Positions 60,807-64,000 of a DNA stretch of 64,000 bases are shown here, piece by piece; positions within the stretch are counted from its first letter, which is position 1, and each line of letters opens with the position of its first letter. The notes beneath the pieces were generated by a model that made no database searches, was not told the origin of the DNA, and worked only from the letters and a program-made list of their open reading frames with translations. The stretch is from positions 1,360-65,359 of the forward strand of contig DASSKF010000117.1 in the NCBI GenBank assembly GCA_035690725.1. The letters are read 5' to 3'. The DNA is from Segeticoccus sp. Its GTDB lineage: Bacteria > Actinomycetota > Actinomycetes > Actinomycetales > Dermatophilaceae. Made by a program: the position numbers and the translations under genes.

Positions 60807-62720
60807 TCACGCCGCCCCCACCCCGGCGGCGCGCATGTTCTGGTACCACAGCTCCATACTCAGCAGCTGCCAGATCTGCTTCGACCAGTCGTGGCGGCCG
60901 CTGCGCTGTTCCGCGACCAGGCGGTGCAGCTCCGGCCCCTGGAGGAAGCCCGAGGACACGAGGTCGCCACGCAGCAGGACGTCGTCGACCAGCCCGCGGA
61001 GGTCCTGGGTGACCCACGCCCGCAGCGGCGCACCGAAGCTCGCCTTCGGACGGTCGACGATCTCGTCCGGCAGCCATCGCCGGGCCGCGTCCTTCAGGGC
61101 AGCCTTCTGCGTGCGGCCGCGGATCTTGTCCGCCCCCTTCAGGGAGAAGGCCGCACGCAGCACCACCGGGTCGACGAACGGGACGCGCACCTCTACCGAG
61201 GCGGCCATGCTCGCCCGGTCCGTGTAGGTCAGGTTCAGGCCCGCCATGAACATGCGGGTGTCCGCGAGACACATCCGGTTCACGTGGTCCGGTAGCCGGT
61301 TGTCCCAGTAGACCCGGCGGTGCGAGTCGACGACGTCCGCCACGAGTGGGGCCAGCCCGGGGGCGAGGAGGCTGCGCAGCCCGTCCACGTCATACATGGT
61401 GTAGCTGCGTCGGAAGGCCTCCTCCTCGGGCAGCTCCGCGAAGGTGAGGAATCGCTGTCCCCAGCGGACGGTCCGGAGGCCGTGGCCGGCGACGGCCACG
61501 GGCAGGCGGTGCACGGCCGGCGCGACCACGCCGCGTCGGAGTGCGCCGGGAAGGCGTTGGTATCGCCCGGCCAGCACGTTGGCCAGGTGCTTGCGGTAGC
61601 CGCCGAACAGCTCGTCCGCCCCCATGCCCGAGAGCATGACCTTGCACCCGGTGTCCCGGGCTGCCTGGCACATCAGGTACGTGTTGATCGCCGCCGGGTC
61701 GCCGATCGGCTCGTCCAGCACCTCGACCATCCGCCCCAGCGTGTCCACCACGTCGGGGTGCAGCTCGATCTCGTGCAGCTTCACGCCGAGCTGCGACGCC
61801 AGGAGTCGTGCGTAGTGCGCGTCGTCCGGCATCGCCTCGAGCCGTTGGTCCTCCGGGCGGAAGGCAATGGTGTACGTCTCCAGGGACGGGTCCTCACGGT
61901 GCGCCAGTGCGGTGATGATGCTCGAGTCGAGGCCGCCGCTGAGGAATGCCGCGACCGGGACGTCGGAGACCAGGTGTGCGTGGACCGACTCCTCGACGAC
62001 GTCGGCGATGTCGGCGGACGGACCGGCCGCCGCGGCCGCCGCCTCCTCGGCGCTGTTCCAGTAGACGCCGGACGTCACCGAGCCGTCCCGGCGGTACTCC
62101 CGCCACGAGCCGGCGGGCAGCTTGCGCACGCCCGACACCGCGTCGTACTCCTCCGGCAGCCAGTAGTACAGCGTCGAGGCCACCATGCCCGCGGGGTCGA
62201 TCGTGAGCTCCCGCCCGACAGCGGCCACGACGGCCTTGAGCTCGGAGGCGAAGACCACGCCGTCACCGCGCGGCAGGTAGAAGAGCGGCTTGATCCCGAG
62301 TGGGTCGCGGGCCAGCACCAGGCTCCCGGTACGCGCGTCGTACAACGCGAAGGCGAACATGCCGCGCAGGCGACGCAGCGACTCCGGCCCCCACGCCCGC
62401 CACGCCTCGAGCACGACCTCCGTGTCCGACCTGGTCTCGAACCGGATCCCCTGGGCCTCCAGCTCGTGCCGGAGGGCCTGGTGGTTGTAGATCTCCCCGT
62501 TGTAGCTCAGCGTCAGCCCGCCCTTGGTGAACGGCTGGTCCGCGGCAGCCGACAGGTCGATGATGGACAGCCGTCGGTGGCCGAGGACGACGGCGACGTC
62601 CGGGTCGACGAGCTCGACCGTGCCACCGGCATCGGGGCCCCGGTGCGCCAGACGCTCGACCATCGTGGTCACGAGCAGCTTTCCGTCGCCCTGCTGGTAG
62701 GCGCCGGCCACCCCGCACAC
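60807..62720 (-). CDS. asnB: Asparagine synthase (glutamine-hydrolysing) family amidotransferase
   Basis: N-terminal nucleophile MCGVAG, HRGPD, and the PP-loop AAFLSGGLDSS. Confidence 0.88.
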   Translation of the reverse strand: MCGVAGAYQQGDGKLLVTTMVERLAHRGPDAGGTVELVDPDVAVVLGHRRLSIIDLSAAADQPFTKGGLTLSYNGEIYNHQALRHELEAQGIRFETRSDTEVVLEAWRAWGPESLRRLRGMFAFALYDARTGSLVLARDPLGIKPLFYLPRGDGVVFASELKAVVAAVGRELTIDPAGMVASTLYYWLPEEYDAVSGVRKLPAGSWREYRRDGSVTSGVYWNSAEEAAAAAAGPSADIADVVEESVHAHLVSDVPVAAFLSGGLDSSIITALAHREDPSLETYTIAFRPEDQRLEAMPDDAHYARLLASQLGVKLHEIELHPDVVDTLGRMVEVLDEPIGDPAAINTYLMCQAARDTGCKVMLSGMGADELFGGYRKHLANVLAGRYQRLPGALRRGVVAPAVHRLPVAVAGHGLRTVRWGQRFLTFAELPEEEAFRRSYTMYDVDGLRSLLAPGLAPLVADVVDSHRRVYWDNRLPDHVNRMCLADTRMFMAGLNLTYTDRASMAASVEVRVPFVDPVVLRAAFSLKGADKIRGRTQKAALKDAARRWLPDEIVDRPKASFGAPLRAWVTQDLRGLVDDVLLRGDLVSSGFLQGPELHRLVAEQRSGRHDWSKQIWQLLSMELWYQNMRAAGVGAA

Positions 62721-62722
62721 GC

Positions 62723-63988
62723 TCAGCTCACCACCGTGGCGACCACGCGGTCACGGCCGGACCGGCGGCGCGAGCGGCCGACGAGGTCGTCGAATGCCGC
62801 GACGTAGCCGCCCTCCTGGTGCTCCCACGCCAGTTCCCGCTCGACCCGCTCGCGACCGAACGTGCCCATCGCTGCGCGACGTCCCGGGTCGTCGATGAGG
62901 TCGAGGATCGCCTGCGCGTACGCCTCGACCTGACCCGGAGCCACGTAGCACGCAGCCTGCTGGGCGGACACCCGCGTCTCGCGCAGGTCGAATGCCACGA
63001 CGGGCAGGCCGAAGGCCATGTACTCCATCGTCTTGTTCATGGTGGAGACGTCGTTCAGGGGGTTGTGCGGATCCGGCGACAGACCGACATCGGCCGTCGA
63101 CAGCACGTCCCTCACCGTCTCGTCCGGGACACGACCGGGCAGGTCCACGTGGGAACGCAGCCCGAGCCGGTCCCGCTGCTCCAGCAGCTGCGGGTAGCAG
63201 TCACCCTTCCCCATCACCATGAACTGGACGTCATCACGCTGCCAGCGGTGCACGATCAGCTCGGCCGCATCGAGGACGATGTCGACACCGTCCTGGGGTC
63301 CCATGACGCCGATGTAGGCCACCAGGTGCGCCCGGCCGTGACGCAGCTCCGCGTGCGCCTCAGCACGACGCAGCCTCTGCGGGTCCGGGCCCGTTCGGAC
63401 CACGGTGACGTCCTGCTCGTGCTTGCCGCCCCGGTCCATCGCCACGGCCTTGTAGGAGTCGTTCGTCGAGGTCACCCGGTCGGCGGTGCGGAAAGTGGCT
63501 CGCTCGAGAAGAAGCAGCCCACGCAGGGCGAGCCCCTCGCCGTCCCCGAACCGGGAGCGGTAGAGCTCCGGGCACAGGTCGTGGTGGTCGAACAGGAAGC
63601 GCGTCCCGTCGACGGCGCGGAGCCAGCGTGCGATGGGCCAGAAGATGTCGGGGGGGTTGCAGGCCTGCATGACCGCGAATCTCCCGGCCTTCCTCGCCCG
63701 TCGCACCAACCGTGCCGTCGCGGCGAACGAGTACGCGTACTCGGTCACGAACCCGAGGGTCCGGCCGTTCGACGCGTAGGGCGGGTAGGCAAGGATCCGA
63801 ACGCCCTCCACCGTCTGTTCCGCACCGGTGCCCTCCCCCTGCGGGCAGACCACGGTGACGTCATAGCCCGCCCGCCGCAGGCTCTGGCACTCCAGCCAGA
63901 CCCTGCGGTCGAACGGAACCGGGAGGTTCTGCACGATCACGAGGACGCGCGGCGCGCTGCCGCCGTCGGGACGCTGACGCCTCACCAC
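62723..63988 (-). CDS. Glycosyltransferase family 4 (WbuB-like)
   Basis: VLVIVQNLPVPFDRRVWLECQSL and the C-terminal GT-B region NKTMEYMAFGLPVVAFD. First gene of the long minus-strand operon visible in the window. Confidence 0.8.
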   Translation of the reverse strand: MVRRQRPDGGSAPRVLVIVQNLPVPFDRRVWLECQSLRRAGYDVTVVCPQGEGTGAEQTVEGVRILAYPPYASNGRTLGFVTEYAYSFAATARLVRRARKAGRFAVMQACNPPDIFWPIARWLRAVDGTRFLFDHHDLCPELYRSRFGDGEGLALRGLLLLERATFRTADRVTSTNDSYKAVAMDRGGKHEQDVTVVRTGPDPQRLRRAEAHAELRHGRAHLVAYIGVMGPQDGVDIVLDAAELIVHRWQRDDVQFMVMGKGDCYPQLLEQRDRLGLRSHVDLPGRVPDETVRDVLSTADVGLSPDPHNPLNDVSTMNKTMEYMAFGLPVVAFDLRETRVSAQQAACYVAPGQVEAYAQAILDLIDDPGRRAAMGTFGRERVERELAWEHQEGGYVAAFDDLVGRSRRRSGRDRVVATVVS

Positions 63989-64000
63989 ACCACGCCCTGG

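Noticed and set aside
38615-63988. Calling the polysaccharide locus a horizontally acquired genomic island
   Set aside because: There is no integrase, transposase, flanking direct repeats or tRNA at its border. By eye the codon third-position GC bias looks similar to the housekeeping genes. The question cannot be judged without comparative genomes.

Overview
High-GC actinobacterial chromosome segment, Micrococcales/Mycobacteriales-like by gene content and synteny, densely coding on both strands. There are no rRNA genes, CRISPR arrays, transposases or integrases. Bases 1-38.5 kb are mostly housekeeping and regulatory genes. These include ilvA, metB, cbs with a GDSL hydrolase and a thiolase (an arrangement recalling M. 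tuberculosis Rv1074c-Rv1079), msrA and an hsp20 preceded by an HspR-type operator. The block udgB-ppx-DUF501-ftsB-eno-mazG-lipoprotein-mfd resembles Rv1020-Rv1026. Regulators in this part are an ECF sigma/anti-sigma pair and LacI, LuxR, TetR and two MarR proteins. From about 38.6 kb to the window end lies a roughly 25 kb Wzx/Wzy-type polysaccharide locus. It holds five glycosyltransferases, a flippase, a polymerase, two chain-length-determinant paralogs, a pyruvyl transferase, an acetyltransferase, two C-methyltransferase-like genes and an epimerase. It also holds a PAP2 phosphatase, a beta-helix protein and a heparinase II/III + bi-domain oxidoreductase + AsnB + GT4 cassette. The items most worth a second look are: (1) a hand-folded class-I tRNA with a UAA anticodon; (2) the uncharacterised heparinase/oxidoreductase/AsnB/GT4 cassette; (3) the two tandem PCP-like proteins whose cytoplasmic domains look like dead BY-kinases; (4) a tri-domain membrane protein (degenerate PAP2 + kinase + flippase-like) next to a DUF218 gene; (5) three decayed genes (endonuclease V, an LLM oxidoreductase, an acyltransferase-3). 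All functional calls come from motif recognition in the supplied translations and my own reading of the DNA; no searches were run. The ORF track uses ATG/GTG/TTG and the longest ORF, so many starts were trimmed by hand. The last printed sequence line is one base short, so coordinates after about 62.7 kb follow the ORF track.
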